Positions 63,893 through 64,000 of a DNA stretch of 64,000 bases are shown piece by piece; the stretch's first letter is position 1; every line of letters begins with the position of its first letter. Where the stretch lies: NCBI GenBank assembly GCA_963737655.1, contig CAVTTN010000002.1, forward strand, positions 32,001 through 96,000, written 5' to 3'. A program made the translations under genes and the position numbers. The stretch is from an uncultured Planctomycetota bacterium (GTDB lineage Bacteria > Planctomycetota > Planctomycetia > Isosphaerales > Isosphaeraceae). The notes below the pieces were generated by a model. The model was not told where the DNA came from. It did not search any database and worked only from the letters and a program-made list of their open reading frames with translations.

Positions 63893-64000
63893 GCCAGGGG
63901 CCTCCTTGCCGGTCTGGCGGGGATCGCGGCCGGGGCGAGGGGCCCCGGCGCGAGGGGGACGGTAGCAGACCCCTCGATTTCACTCAAGATCAATGGGCCG

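Overview
High-GC bacterial DNA, most likely a planctomycete (Isosphaeraceae-like: PEP-CTERM, DUF4340/GldAFG-like, FlgI-HEAT and HTH-receiver genes; inference). It has two parts. (1) 1-23.7 kb is an accessory island inserted at the 3' end of the tmRNA gene (ssrA, 23722-24086, minus strand). It holds a McrBC plus AbiEi/AbiEii defence block and two related tyrosine-integrase modules in opposite orientation, each running into a 28-bp copy of the ssrA 3' end. It also holds Phd/VapC, a KptA/Tpt1 gene inside the excisionase operon, an orphan ART-like toxin tip with an EF-Tu-domain-III-like partner, five IS elements, a truncated ParB and a lone VirD4-type coupling protein. Two small proteins there share a basic C-terminal motif, and an 88-nt tRNA-shaped RNA has its anticodon loop replaced by a long hairpin. 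(2) 24.3-64 kb is core-like: ABC systems, M14 peptidase, aminotransferases, corA, recJ, pcm, polysaccharide genes, lon, REP palindromes, a response regulator, a PEP-CTERM protein and an MFS. About a dozen single-base frameshifts, some in conserved genes, suggest long-read consensus errors, so pseudogene calls based only on frameshifts are unsafe. All family assignments come from motif recognition by eye; no database search was run.
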